This document shows, piece after piece, positions 51,942-64,000 of a stretch of DNA of 64,000 bases. Position numbers and translations under genes: made by a program. This stretch comes from Pseudovirgaria hyperparasitica (Eukaryota). The stretch is taken from the NCBI GenBank assembly GCA_010093815.1, contig ML996568.1; one strand, written 5' to 3'. Below the pieces are notes generated by a model. That model was not told the DNA's origin. It was given only the letters and a program-made list of their open reading frames with translations, and did no database searches. Numbering within the stretch: the stretch's first letter is position 1; the number at the start of each line of letters is the position of its first letter.

Positions 51942-54455
51942 CTAATAAAACTCCTCCAACCCCAACCCCGCATAATCCCCCCCCTCCCCCCCACGCCCCT
52001 CACACCTAAACCCCCTCTCCCACGTCCTCCTCGGCAAAATCCCCGCCTCCACCCCCCTGCGATAACTCCACTGCACCGCCCTTTCCGTCTCCCAAGTCCA
52101 ATAAAACCAGCCCCAGCCCTTCTCAAAGCTCTCCATCTGAGCCTCTGCAAAATCCCTCAAAAAGGCCTTGTACCCCTCGCTATAAGACCCCGGCTCGGCA
52201 TTCGCCTTTGCACAGCTACAGGTTGGGTTGTTGTGCGTGGGACAGGTAGGGTCCAGCACGGAGGTGGATGCGTTGCCTGTGTTGTATGTGCCTTCCCAGC
52301 GGGTGCCTTGGCCTACGTTGTTGATGAAGGGGGCGCAGTCGGCGTCTGCCTGGCTCCATTCGCCGCAGATGGTGGGGCCGAAGCCGGTTTCGGTGTCGGA
52401 GGAGCGGAGGGTCTGGGCGGACCAGTCTGTGCAGGCGAAGGCGACTTTGTCGGCGTGGGGGAGGGTGATTTGGTCGGTGTTGAAGATGACGTATTGGTGG
52501 ACGTCGAGGAGGAGGTTGGGCGTGTCCGCGAGGCGGCCCTGCCACTTGTCTAGGCCCATGAAGCCGTCGCCGAAGACGACGATTGGGTGGTCGAGGCCGT
52601 TTGCGCGGATGAGGGCGGTGGCGGTCTTGGTCCAGTTGAGGACGGCGTTGGTGTTGAGGTCGACCATGCGGGGTTCGTTGGCGAGGCCGTAGAGGGTGAT
52701 GAGGTTTTTGTAGCGGGGCTGGGCGAAGAAGGTGGAGAGCTGGGCGTGGATGTCGAGGGAGCGCTGGGCGTTGAGGTCGCCGTCTGTGCCGTTCAGCCAG
52801 CCGATTGTGCCCTGGCGGCCGGAGTGGTTCCAGCCGTTTTGGGAGCCGGGCAGGCCGTGGAGGTCGAGGTTGACGCGGAGGCCGGACTGGCGGGCGTATT
52901 CGAGGCCGCGGAGGAGGTAGCGCCAGGAGATGCGGGCGACGTAGGGGTCGTTGTCGTAGATGGTCACGGCCCAGTAGCCGTAGGGGATGCGGACGTGGTC
53001 GAAGCCGGCGGCGCGGATGTCCTCGAAGCTTTTGCGCGTGATGAAGCTGGAGTAGTGCGCTTCGAGCGTCTGGGCGGCTTTTGTTGGGCCGAGTTTGGTG
53101 GTGAGGGTCCATTCGTCGATGACGCCGTCGCGGGTGCTCCATTGCTCGAAGAGGGAGGGTGTGATGAATGGCTCGATGTTGAGCCAGCCGCCGACGTTGA
53201 CTCCCCGGATGGGGAGCTTGCCATAGCCGAATGAATCTTGGAGGTTGGGAACTTTCTCGTTGGCTTGCACATTGTCGTCCCAGGTAGAGTTGAGGCCCAT
53301 GACTGATAGTCCTCCAACGGTCTCTTCCGTGTATGTCACGTTAAAGTCCGTCGTGTCGTACCAAGTGAATGGGTCCAAGAGGCCGCCGCGAGCACTTTCT
53401 GGGATATCACTCTCGGAAATACCATCGAGCTCCGTGTTGGCTGGCTTCCCCGAGGCTGCTCCGGAATCTGCTGTCGATGACGAATCCTTGTTCTTCTTGG
53501 ATACCACCACCGCAACAATGACTATGACCGCAATCAGGACGAGCGATACCCCAATAGCTATCATTATCCATTTCTTCCTCTTCCTCTTGGCTTCCAGATC
53601 CTCGTAGTAGTAGTCGGCGTCACTCTTCCCTCCCGCACCGCCTCTCTTCTCCGGAATCGCATCGTAGTCATCGTCGTGGATATCACCCTCTTCCGCCAGA
53701 GGCCCGCTGACCACTCTGCGTTTCCGTTCTTCTCTCCTTCTCCGCCGCCGTTCTTCCTTTCGGTCGATTTCTGAGTCTGTGTAATCTTTCCGCCCTCGTC
53801 TATGTCCTGCAGTATCATCCTCATCTTCATCCATAGGCCTGACTCGTATCCCCATATCATCAGTATCCCTCCTCCTCGCCCTTTCTGCCCTCCTTTTCTC
53901 GGCCAATATCCGCTCTCGCTCGGCTCTCCTCCTCTCTTCCTTCTCTTTAGCCTCATTTTCTCTCCTCTGAGCATCCTCCTCTTCCATCCGAGCATCCTCC
54001 AGCTTCTGCTCTTTCCTCCTCACATTCTCCACATACCCGCCATCAACGCCATTCTCACCCTTCCCCCACCCGCTTTTGAAGTTTGCCTTGTCCAGCGCCG
54101 CCAGCGACCCCGCCACCAACGGCTTCCCACTCCCTCGGCTACTTTCCCCCGTCCCATATCCATAGCTTGACGAGTCGCGCCGACGCGCTTTGGGTGCTAT
54201 AATGGGGCTCGGGGACTCTTCCTCGCGGGGAAGCAGCTCATTTGTGCTCTCAGTCTTGCGGTGACCATGACGACGACGGTGCCTTCTTTCGGGGTCACGG
54301 TCGGGATCCGTCCGACGGCGACGCTCGCGGTCGCCATCTCGGTCTCTCTCGCGGCGGGACTCGGGATCGCGATCTTTGTCCCGTTCGCGACGCTGTCGTT
54401 CGCGGCGGCGACGTTCGCGGTCTTCGGGGGTGCGTTCTTGGTCGCCGCGAGGCAT
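51942..54455 (-). CDS. exgD: Membrane-anchored GH5 exo-1,3-beta-glucanase (ExgD-like)
   Basis: Charged cytosolic N-terminus, one TM helix, RGVNVGGWLNIEPFITPSLF, DLHGLPGSQNGWNHSG, NEP (acid/base), GEWS (nucleophile) and GWFYWTW. Confidence 0.9.
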   Translation of the reverse strand: MPRGDQERTPEDRERRRRERQRRERDKDRDPESRRERDRDGDRERRRRTDPDRDPERRHRRRHGHRKTESTNELLPREEESPSPIIAPKARRRDSSSYGYGTGESSRGSGKPLVAGSLAALDKANFKSGWGKGENGVDGGYVENVRRKEQKLEDARMEEEDAQRRENEAKEKEERRRAERERILAEKRRAERARRRDTDDMGIRVRPMDEDEDDTAGHRRGRKDYTDSEIDRKEERRRRRREERKRRVVSGPLAEEGDIHDDDYDAIPEKRGGAGGKSDADYYYEDLEAKRKRKKWIMIAIGVSLVLIAVIVIVAVVVSKKNKDSSSTADSGAASGKPANTELDGISESDIPESARGGLLDPFTWYDTTDFNVTYTEETVGGLSVMGLNSTWDDNVQANEKVPNLQDSFGYGKLPIRGVNVGGWLNIEPFITPSLFEQWSTRDGVIDEWTLTTKLGPTKAAQTLEAHYSSFITRKSFEDIRAAGFDHVRIPYGYWAVTIYDNDPYVARISWRYLLRGLEYARQSGLRVNLDLHGLPGSQNGWNHSGRQGTIGWLNGTDGDLNAQRSLDIHAQLSTFFAQPRYKNLITLYGLANEPRMVDLNTNAVLNWTKTATALIRANGLDHPIVVFGDGFMGLDKWQGRLADTPNLLLDVHQYVIFNTDQITLPHADKVAFACTDWSAQTLRSSDTETGFGPTICGEWSQADADCAPFINNVGQGTRWEGTYNTGNASTSVLDPTCPTHNNPTCSCAKANAEPGSYSEGYKAFLRDFAEAQMESFEKGWGWFYWTWETERAVQWSYRRGVEAGILPRRTWERGFRCEGRGGEGGDYAGLGLEEFY

Positions 54456-55329
54456 GGCTTTGAGATGTGGTGGTGCAGCTATACAAGCTCAAGAGGCTCA
54501 GTACGACATGGGTAGGATGGATGGTGTAGAAGGGTAAACAGTAGCTGATAATATATTGACAGAGGTACAATGGCTTGATGTGGTAGAATATACAAGAAAA
54601 ACTGCGCAGGCTTCGGAGCAAACGATCGATGTACAATTGCAAAATCTTATCTGAGATCGCCCGTCCTGGCCCAGATCCAGGGTACCTTATGCACAAGCAG
54701 GTCCGGATTGTTTGGTTGTGGCGGGTGGCCGGACAACCTACCTAAGCCCAAGTGTGGCTGGTTGGCTCGCGTTGAACGTCGTCATGCGCTAAACCCGATC
54801 TTTCGATTACCCTCCTGTCCCTGCAGGTCATCTGTTTCAAAGCAAAAGCTCGCAAATATGATCACAAGCATGAGCAAAGATTCTCACATTCGTCCCGCTT
54901 GACTAACAATTCTAGCTGCCCTCTGAATCGGGTCGGTTGGCCTGGCGGCACATAGTCGCACGCATTCAGTCATAGCTAATCATAAAACGTATGGATATCA
55001 CCCAAATACTCACTAAGCCTCCCCAGCACCGAGGTTCCGCCTCCGCCAGCGGCTGTCCTCGGTGCAGCATCTATGGCGTTTCTCAGAGACTATGAGATGA
55101 GAGGAAATGACAGTTGTACATCCGCGCAACCAGATCATTGCAGGCTTTGCATTATATCCAACCCAATATAATCGCTTGTCCGTATTACGGCGTGATGAGG
55201 AATGTATGCTTAGCGCTGCTCGTTAGATCTTGTATCACTGTATGATAGAAGTATCTAGTGGTCGTTCTCCAAGGAACTAAGGAAGGTTGGCCGAATAGAC
55301 ACATTCGAACGATGGGCACTTGACATTCT

Positions 55330-56584
55330 TTACGAACTCTCTGCTGATACGCCTTCAGCTTTGCCTTTACCCTTGTCGGGGTTGTCTGACTTGGTTTTTG
55401 CTTCGTCGTCAGAAATGTAAAGGTTGTGTTCGTAGATGTAATCCACCACTCGGTCCGGGACAAGGTATCGAATCGACATGTCGCGTTTTCGGAAGAGACG
55501 TATCTTGGTGGAGCTTACATCGTTCTGGATCAGTTGGGGGATTACTCGGATGTTGTCTCTCCATCGTTGCAAGCTTGCAAGGGCGTCGTCAATGTCTGTT
55601 CCGGCTCGTTCGAGAATGAAAGCTCCGTCTATCTTGCATTAGTAAGGATCTGCGCTGCAACGACAGTGAACGGACAGTGTCCCAGGATCCTATCCAGATC
55701 CCTTTCCGCCCAAACCCCTGGTGAGCTCATAGTTTGTATCAAATCTGCCCCCGCAAGCAGGGCAACTTTGACTCTTTTCCTTTCCCCGGTGCTGGTCTCC
55801 ATGCCGCCATCGCCTGATTTTGTCAGCTGAGCTATTTTATTGACAACGCTGCCTTCACGTACGGTTTAATGACTCTTCAAAGTGGTCTAGAACTTGCGCA
55901 GTGGGCTAGCATCGATCAGTCCTGTACCGGCCGGTCTCGAGACAAACTTACGAGGTATTCTTTGTGTAGTGGCTCCCAAGGATCTATTGCTATCCAGTTC
56001 GAGCTGTATTGCACGGCTAGGTTGCACATGTTTATGCGGCTGCACTTCCATTAGCGCAAAAGAGATGCGAGCTGGCTCAAACATACTGCCGAGCACTTGC
56101 TAGTCCTTGTTTCTGCGCCATGATCAACAAGAAGACTCTTGAATACCCCTCTTATCGCGGGTCACGAACCTTGTATGCGTCACCGACAGGGCTGAGAAAG
56201 CCACCTATTACTTCAAACTCGGTCTGAAAGCGGCAGTAATCCGCGGCTTGCTCGGCCATGCGCAGATGAAGATATGTCGGAGGGGAAAAACTGCCTATAT
56301 GGTGACGACAATTAGAGAATGAAACAGGAGTTGGCGCCAATCGCAGGCAGAGATGGCATACCACATGCGACAAGGACTAAAGGTGTCTGTAGGATGTCAG
56401 ATTTAGAGCAATGAAAGAGTCGAAAGACAATCACCTTTGTTGAGTCTTTCAAGACCTTAGACAGGCGGTAGCTAGGAAATTCATAGTCGTCGAGCGATTG
56501 CGCCATTTGAAATTCGTCGTCGGTCTGTATCATGCGGGGTGCCTGGATGTGGTCGTGGGAAAAATACGGCTCGGGGTCGGTCAT
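55330..56584 (-). CDS. NMA1: Nicotinamide/nicotinate mononucleotide adenylyltransferase (7 introns)
   Basis: Spliced TPLVLVACGSFSPPTYLHLRM...SPVGDAYKKQGLASARHRINMC...DPWE...LLAGADLIQTM...NDVSSTKIRLF. All seven introns are GT-AG. Confidence 0.93.
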
Positions 56585-58324
56585 CGCGTCGGAAGGCGTC
56601 TGGGCAGGCCAGGTGCAGATATACAGGCTGCGGAAATGGAGTCTCGTTGAGGGGGGATGAGAAAGCGAAGTGGGTTCTGTTAGGAGGTTTCCAGGTTGAC
56701 AAGTGAAGACAAGGACCGAGAGCTAATATCTGATGACGCTAGGCGGTTGGGCGGCGAATATGGAGTGGAGTCACGGTGGTGGTAATAGTGGGTGGGTGGG
56801 TGAAAGGCATCCATGGACAAAGCTGCCTCGGACCTGACCTCCCTGCGGCGACGGTGATGCTTGTCGTTCAGTGCGACAAAACCGCCCTCGGGCTGCTGTG
56901 ACCAAAGTTGAAGACCGCAATTCTCCTTCATTTTGACGTCTTCTTCCGAAACCAACACTGTCACTTATCACGCGATCAGTTCGGGTAACAGAGCTTTAGT
57001 TGCTGCTGTAAGCATGAGGATGTCCGACCGCCGACCGGAGTGGACCGTCTGGAAATGGAATGGGATATTCTTACACTGCAAGTCATCCATGCGTGCTCTA
57101 CAATTTGCCAACCAATCCAGCCGCAGTTCACGGCCATTTCCGATTTATGCCTTTTTGGTGATAGCTGCTGATTTCACGTGGAGGCTAATCCATATCGACA
57201 CTTGTGTGCCCATTCTAAGCCTTTCATGGTAAGTAGAAGATATTTACCATTGTGGTGCTGAGATATCTCGTCGCCGTATACCTTCTTTTCGACACAGCAT
57301 CATTTCTCCAAGCATAAAAGCGACATACCTGCTCACCAGTACTGCAATAGCCGTTGGCGTTGACGATTGTCGTAGACAGGAATGAGGGCATGGGTTTCCG
57401 TATTTGAAAGATCCCAACAACCACCATCAGCTCGTAGAAATGGAAATATTTCATCTTCCGCAATTCATCTTCGGAGACTTAGGGCCAATGCATCGTCAAT
57501 ATGACTCCATCCGTACCACTCAAGCACATACCCTAACATTATTCTACCTGTCCATTCCCGTATCTTCCAGAGATCACCTTACAGTCTAGTACTGTATATC
57601 TGCTTCTGGTGGCGAAAGCCTCAAACTTTTCGTTGTGAATACGTAGATGTCTATTGTGAAGATGATGTTATCAAGTCAAAATATTCGTTAACACCTTGAT
57701 GTCCACGACGAGTGAAGGAATTGAGAGCATATTACGTGCCACGCAGCCTGGTTGTTTGCTTCAGCATCCGTATCGAGAGCTTTACAGATGCCGTGTGAAA
57801 CACTTGGCCAGAATTGGGTTACTTGACCTAATCATCTTCAATGCTTCCAGTTCCGTAGTTGACTTTTGATACGTGATTATTCAAGGCGCCGCGCTAAGCC
57901 CCACCCATCTGTGTTCCAAGAGCAGCCAGGCCAGCTGTGACCTGTGACTGCATTCCATCAGCATCTTTGCTTCGAAGGAACACTCGTCTTCGAAGAAAAA
58001 CTCATCACCTCTATGCAGCACATCGAACACTGCTTCTAGCACACTTTCCCAGCGTTTACTTACCTCTGTCACCTTATGGCGTAGCTGCGAAAGCCGTGGC
58101 ATGGACGAGCGTCACCCACCACATCCACTGTTTCTCAATCCCACATCCACTACTTGTTCCAGGTATTCCACCCTTTCATCATCTGATATCGCCCTTTCTT
58201 TGCCCAAAGAGCCTGGAATCTGCTGCTGCTCTGACTTAACTGCTTGCTGCAGCACGTTTCCAAGGCCTCTGCTGCGGGCTTTCTTCTGGCTTGCGCGCGC
58301 TCAATTCCAACAAATCAAATTCTC

Positions 58325-61300
58325 ATGTCGTCAAGAGTGACTCGCTCTTCTGCGAGGCTCTCAGCAGGTGCCGCAAACTCGACTCATCCTTCATTCTCCG
58401 CCCCTCCTGCAGCTCCAACTCGATCGCGCAAACGGAAAGCCTCGGGCGGGGAACCCTCCATCGAACAACCTCCGGCTGTTACCGAACCCACACCTCGATC
58501 ACGATCAAAAAGAAAAAAAGTGGACGAACTTGAAGCATCTACAGCCTCTGTTCCTGCTCCAGTCGCTCCAGCTCGACGGACACGGGGAAAGGCCACAGCG
58601 GCAATGTCAGGCGCTGGGTACGGAGTGAGGCTATACGCGGTGATATACTTGCTAACACTTACAGACCTTCGGGTGGACCCTCAGACGACAAAAGCATCGC
58701 AGAGACCCCCTCGACCAGCACAAACAAGCGTCGGAATGGACGCAAAAAGGACTCTACGGGTATGTGTGCGGAGTGTGTATCAGTATCAACTAACGTTCCT
58801 ACAGAGGATGGTCCTTCCACAACCCCAGCACCTTCAAGACGGCGCAGGAAAGCCGTTGCTTTGAAGGAAGACATTCCCGATAGTACAGATAAAGCTACAG
58901 ATAAGCCCAGTGTCGATGCCACAAAAGCAGAGCTCAGTGAGGACGAGAACGACGATGGACCAGGACAGGCATATGATGAGGATGATGAAGATGACGATGA
59001 CGACGACAATCCGTTCAGTGGAGGATACCTCAGTCGTGCTGGTGGTGTTGGAGGTCTGTCTAGCACACTTCGTGCTCTGACAGGTATGATGTCCGGCGTA
59101 TCGTCAAGATTGCGAACAATACTGGAGAACCTCCGAGCAAAAGATGATCCGTCGCTTCAACTCATCGCGTTACAGGACTTGTCAGAATTGCTACTTGTGT
59201 CGAATGAGGACAATCTGGCCGGCCATTTCTCTCCCGACCAATACGTCAAAGAATTGGTCTCATTAATGCAGCCAAATGACTTCGGCGAAGAGAACCCCGA
59301 AATCATGCTACTTGCATGCCGATGTATCGCGAATCTAATGGAAGCCTTACCGTCCGCGACTGCAAACGTCGTTTACAGCGGAGCGGTCCCTATTTTGTGC
59401 CAGAAGTTGCTCGAAATTCACTTCATTGATCTCGCAGAACAAGCCTTGAGTGTATGTCATTGATACACCCTCACTCATCTACATTGACTGACTGATCCGG
59501 TGTAGACCCTTGAGAAGATCTCAGTCGACTTCCCTGCGTCCATTGTGCGTGAAGGAGGTCTCACAGCTTGTCTCACGTATTTAGACTTCTTCGCTACCAG
59601 CACACAGAGAACAGCTGTCACTACTGCGGCGAACTGCTGTCGCAACATACCTGAAGACTCTTTCGGAACAATCAAAGACGTCATGCCGATACTTCTCAAT
59701 GTTTTGAGCAGCAATGACCAGAAGGTTGTCGAGCAAGGTTGCATTTGTGTTTCCCGCGTGGTCGAAAGTTTCAAAATGCAGTACGCCAAGCTGGAGGAAC
59801 TCGTCAGCGCTGATTTGCTCAAAGCCGTCTTACGACTACTGCTTCCGGGAACTACCAACTTGATCGGCCCTACGATCCATACCCAGTTCTTGCGTGTCTT
59901 GTCACATACAGCTAGAGCGAGTCCTCTGCGATCAGTCGAACTGCTTAAGATGAATGTCGTCGACACTTTATATCAAATTCTCGCTGGGGTATCTCCTCCA
60001 TCAGGCACAGAGGATGTCGCCACGAAGATTGATAGTGTAGTCATCATGCAAGCACTTATACACCGCCCCCGAGATCAGATCTATGAAACCTTGAGCGTCA
60101 TATGCGAACTGCTCCCCGAGGAACAGACAAGCAGCATAGCATATTTAGGTGATGTACTGGGTCCTACTTTTTCCTCCGAGCTGAATGCAAGCACCGACAA
60201 TAACAAGAAAACTCTGAACGAGAAACGACTGGAGTTACTCAAAGATTGCCAATTGGAAGTGCGACGATTTGCGATTGTCCTCCTTCCCACCTTGACCGAT
60301 GCTTACTCCAGCACGGTCAATCTCAATGTTCGTCAACAAGTCCTTCGGGCACAGCTGAAGATGCTCTCGAATCTTGATATTGGAATTCTCGAAGATGCCC
60401 TACGTCCCGTTCCGTACGCGTCTTACCTTGCTTCAATTCTGTCCCAGGAGGATCATCCAAGCCTGGTCACAAGTGCTTTACAAGCGGCTGAGCTTCTGTT
60501 GAAACGACTGGAACCAATTTACCGTTACCAATTCCATCGTGAAGGTGTCATTGCCGAAGTGACCAGACTTGCTAACAGACCTATCAAGAGTTTGGACGAG
60601 AAGCCAAAAGGGACAGGCTCTAAGGCCGTGCCTGTTGATATACAAGGTAGCTCTGCTAGCTCCAGCTCCATGGTAGATGATGAGATGGTCGAACAAGCCG
60701 CAATTGATATCGCCGATCCGGAGTTGCCATCAGAAGATGAGGACGACGAAGATCCGGATGACCCTGAAGATCGCGACGACTCTGATTCAGATTCGTCACA
60801 TTCCTCTGATCGCCGCTACGAAAGCAGTCAGAGTCTGCCAAACATTGAAGATATCATAACTCTTCGCGCAAAGAGATTCAATGAAGCTCACGAGCAGAAA
60901 TCAGGACACAACGTTCGAGCCAAGGCATCCAACATATTAGAAGACTTGAAAAGCCTTGCTGTAGAGATCAAAAGTGCCTTTACGGATGGTAAACCGGACG
61001 AGTGCGTTGGCCTTTTTCATCGCATGGCGGATTACTTCGACGGTGATGCACTCGATAGTATCACCAGCTATGAGCTCCTGACTTCGAATATTGTTGATAT
61101 ACTGTTGGAGGTTTTCTCTAATACTACTAATGATTCGGGCTCATCCGCAAGGGCTGCATTCCTGGAAGCTTTCATGGGCTCAACAGTACAAAGCAAGCAA
61201 AAGATAGGTTCCGCCAATTCTCCGTCGACTCCGTTCAGCATTCTTGTCAGTAAGCTTCAGGATCTGCTCAGCCGAGCTGAACATTTCGAAGTTATTACAG

Positions 61301-64000
61301 TGCACCAGAATTCCTTCGATAGTAATCGCAGTAGCCCCGCATCAATGCTCGCGAAACAATTGCGGCTCAAACTCATTGCAGATGATGATTCCGGAATTCC
61401 TCAAGGCTATAGGAACATAATGGTCTCGATCCATGCAATCGCAACTTTCAAAGCCTTGGACGACTACCTACGCCCTCGCATTGTAATTGCGGATCGGCCC
61501 CGAGGCTCTAGGAGTTCAGAGCGGGTTACAAGTGCAATTGCGGCTTATGCTGCTGCCCTTGCAAACTCGCGAGACCCTGATCGACGCAACACCCTTACTG
61601 CGCCAGTTCCGACCACCACAGCAGGTACATCAAGTCGCAGTTCCACGAGGAAAACTTCGAAATCCAAGCCAGCTTCCTCCGCGACTACCACTCCAGCTCA
61701 CGCGACGACTTCGGAAGAACCAGCTCCCGTCCGTCGATCTGCTCGTCGACAGCCTGCTCAATCATCACCTGCGCCGCCTCCACCGGCGCCCCAGCTGGGA
61801 GACTCACAAGACCCACTCGAGTGTGCAGACGAAACCCAGCTAACCGATGAAGATGACGAGATGGAGAGCGCAAGCGCTGCTCTAAACTCCATTGTGGATG
61901 ATCTTGAAGATGATGATAGCACCGAGGATACTACTGACCCCTCTGCTGTAAACGTTGAAGTAGCATCCACGGGCAAAGTGACTGCTCACAAGGATGATGG
62001 TACCAGAGTGGCAACTCCTTCACAAAACACACCTACAGCACGCCCTTCTCCAGCTGACCGCTTGAATGCTCGTGTCAGCGCTCTTTCACGCGCGATGTCA
62101 TCACAGACCCCTCAAAGCCTGCCAACCTCCTCGTCTCGTCCATCTTCATATGCTGCAGCTCTCCAAGCCACGCCGCAGGACTGGCATATCGAGTTCACGG
62201 TGGACGGGCAGCCAATCACCAACGAAACTACCATTTACCGTGCTGTTCACTTTCAACAACTGCAATCGGATGACAATGGACCGCGACCAGTTTGGAGTGC
62301 AATCCATACAATTAAGTTCAAGCGGGTAGAAGGTCCACCACCCGTCGAGTCGACATCACTTCATGCGCACGGCGAGCAAGCCAGAGTTCATGATGGCTTG
62401 CCGGCATCTTTGGCCAAGCACCCGGCAACAGCATCGATTTTACAACTTCTGAGCATTCTCCATGATATGAATTCGAACTTGGACGATGTCCTCGCCGAGG
62501 ATCAAATAGCAAGCAAACTGAAACCTGAACCCGTGTCCCAGTTTGTCAATACCAAATTGACCGCGAAGTTAAATAGGCAATTGGAAGAGCCACTGATTGT
62601 AGCAAGCAATTGCCTGCCATCGTGGAGCGAAGATCTCGCGAGGCTCTATCCATTCTTATTCCCATTTGAGACTCGGCATCTCTTCTTGCAGTCGACTTCC
62701 TTCGGATACTCTAGGTCAATGACGCGATGGCAAAGTGCGCAGACGTCCAATGACTCCCGCTATGATAGACATCGCGATGAACGACCATTCATGGGCAAAA
62801 TGCAAAGGCAGAAGGTGCGGATCTCACGTACTAGAATTCTCGAGTCAGCCATCAAAGTCATGGAATTGTATGGATCTTCTCCAAGCATTCTTGAAGTCGA
62901 GTACTTTGAAGAAGTCGGCACCGGCCTCGGCCCCACTTTGGAATTCTACTCGACAGTCTCCAAGGAGTTCTCCAAGAAGAAGCTCAAGCTGTGGCGGGAG
63001 AATGAATCAAATGAAGATGATGAGTATGCTTTTGGAAAACAAGGGTTGTTTCCTGCACCGATGAGCGAGGAGCAGGCTGCCAGCGAGAATGGGAGGCGAC
63101 TGCTTCACCTTTTCAAGATGCTAGGCAAATTTGTCGCACGATCTATGTTGGACTCACGCATTATCGACGTTTCCTTCAACCCAACATTCTTCCGTGTCGG
63201 AGACGGCGCGACGGCTGTTACCCCATCCCTTGGCGCCGTTAAATCGGTAGATGCTGATCTCGCTCGGTCCCTGAAAATGCTCAAGAAGTTTTCCATGGCA
63301 AAGAAAAAGGTTGATGAGAATGGAACATTGAGCGCTGCTCAGAAGGTCGAAGCGGCTCAAGCTATCACGATTGATGGCGCACGAGTTGAAGACCTCGGTT
63401 TAGACTTTACCTTGCCAGGTTACCCGGAAATTCAGCTGCAGCCAGATGGTGTCAACACGCCTGTGACTATCGACAACGTCGCGAGTTACGTAGATAAAGT
63501 ACTCGATCTTACCTTAGGAAGTGGTGTCAAAGCACAAATCGACGCTTTTGGTGCCGGCTTCTCTCAAGTGTTCCCATACTCATCAGTGAAGGCATTCACT
63601 CCAGATGAGTTGGTCATGCTCTTTGGGAGGGTGGACGAGGATTGGAGCCTGGAAAGTGAGTATACCTGCTAAGCATCTATCCCCAGCTATCTGACAATTA
63701 TGGCAGCATTGATGGATTCTATCAAGGCCGATCATGGTTTCAACCTCGACAGTAAAAGTGTCCGCAACCTCTTGCACGCTATGAGTGAGCTGTCTGCTCC
63801 CGAGAGACGCGACTTCTTGCAATTTGTCACGGGCAGCCCCAAGCTCCCCATAGGAGGTCAGTCCATCCTGATCCTTTCTTCTCACATTCTAACAACTCTT
63901 ACTAGGTTTCAAGAGCCTCACACCAATGTTCACTGTGGTGTGCAAGCCCAGTGAGCCTCCTTTCACATCTGATGACTACTTACCCAGCGTCATGACGTGT
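58325..64000 (+). CDS. UFD4: HECT E3 ubiquitin ligase Ufd4/TRIP12 (3'-truncated by the window)
   Basis: ARM region NPEIMLLACRCIANLMEALP, IDLAEQAL, NTKLTAKLNRQLEEPL, YPFLFPFETR and HECT EVGTGLGPTLEFY...FLQFVTGSPKLP...DDYLPSVMTC. At least 5 introns. Confidence 0.95.

Noticed and set aside
51239..53234. Several 200-300 aa alternative-frame or antisense ORFs over the hydrolase and exgD 3' ends
   Set aside because: Low-complexity products of extreme C/G skew that removes stop codons.
55330..56584. Possible non-canonical or nested (stwintron) introns in the fragmented NMNAT gene
   Set aside because: All seven introns resolve as simple GT-AG introns giving a continuous NMNAT frame.
57608..57616. 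GGTGGCGAA PACE/Rpn4-like site upstream of UFD4
   Set aside because: A single 9-mer variant about 700 bp from the ATG, with none found at RPN3; insufficient without conservation data.

Overview
Gene-dense eukaryotic DNA with short GT-AG introns and CTAAC/CTGAC branch points. It reads as a filamentous ascomycete (Pezizomycotina; Dothideomycetes is an inference). About 22 protein genes are supported. Most are conserved housekeeping genes: VAC14 (5'-partial), VMA12, COQ1, an AVO2-like ankyrin protein, RPN3, SPC34, KCH1/PRM6, KAR2/BiP, DPH2, PLB1, DOA4, VPS27, a GT32-like glycosyltransferase, an alpha/beta hydrolase, an exgD-like GH5, an NMNAT and UFD4 (3'-partial). The most unusual part is an accessory island at about 11.0-14.6 kb. 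It holds an intact four-exon Tse2-like ADP-ribosyltransferase toxin-domain gene (missed by the ORF track), a co-oriented atypical mini-kinase, an ~80-bp TA-flanked MITE-like element with a second copy at 17.9 kb, and an AT/TpA-rich relic that looks RIP-mutated. Also notable are a secreted Cys-rich repeat protein (effector candidate), a head-to-head DOA4/VPS27 pair, a start codon split by an intron and overlapped by a uORF, and repeated C-rich to G-rich strand-skew switches that ignore gene orientation. All family assignments come from motif recognition by eye; no database search was run.
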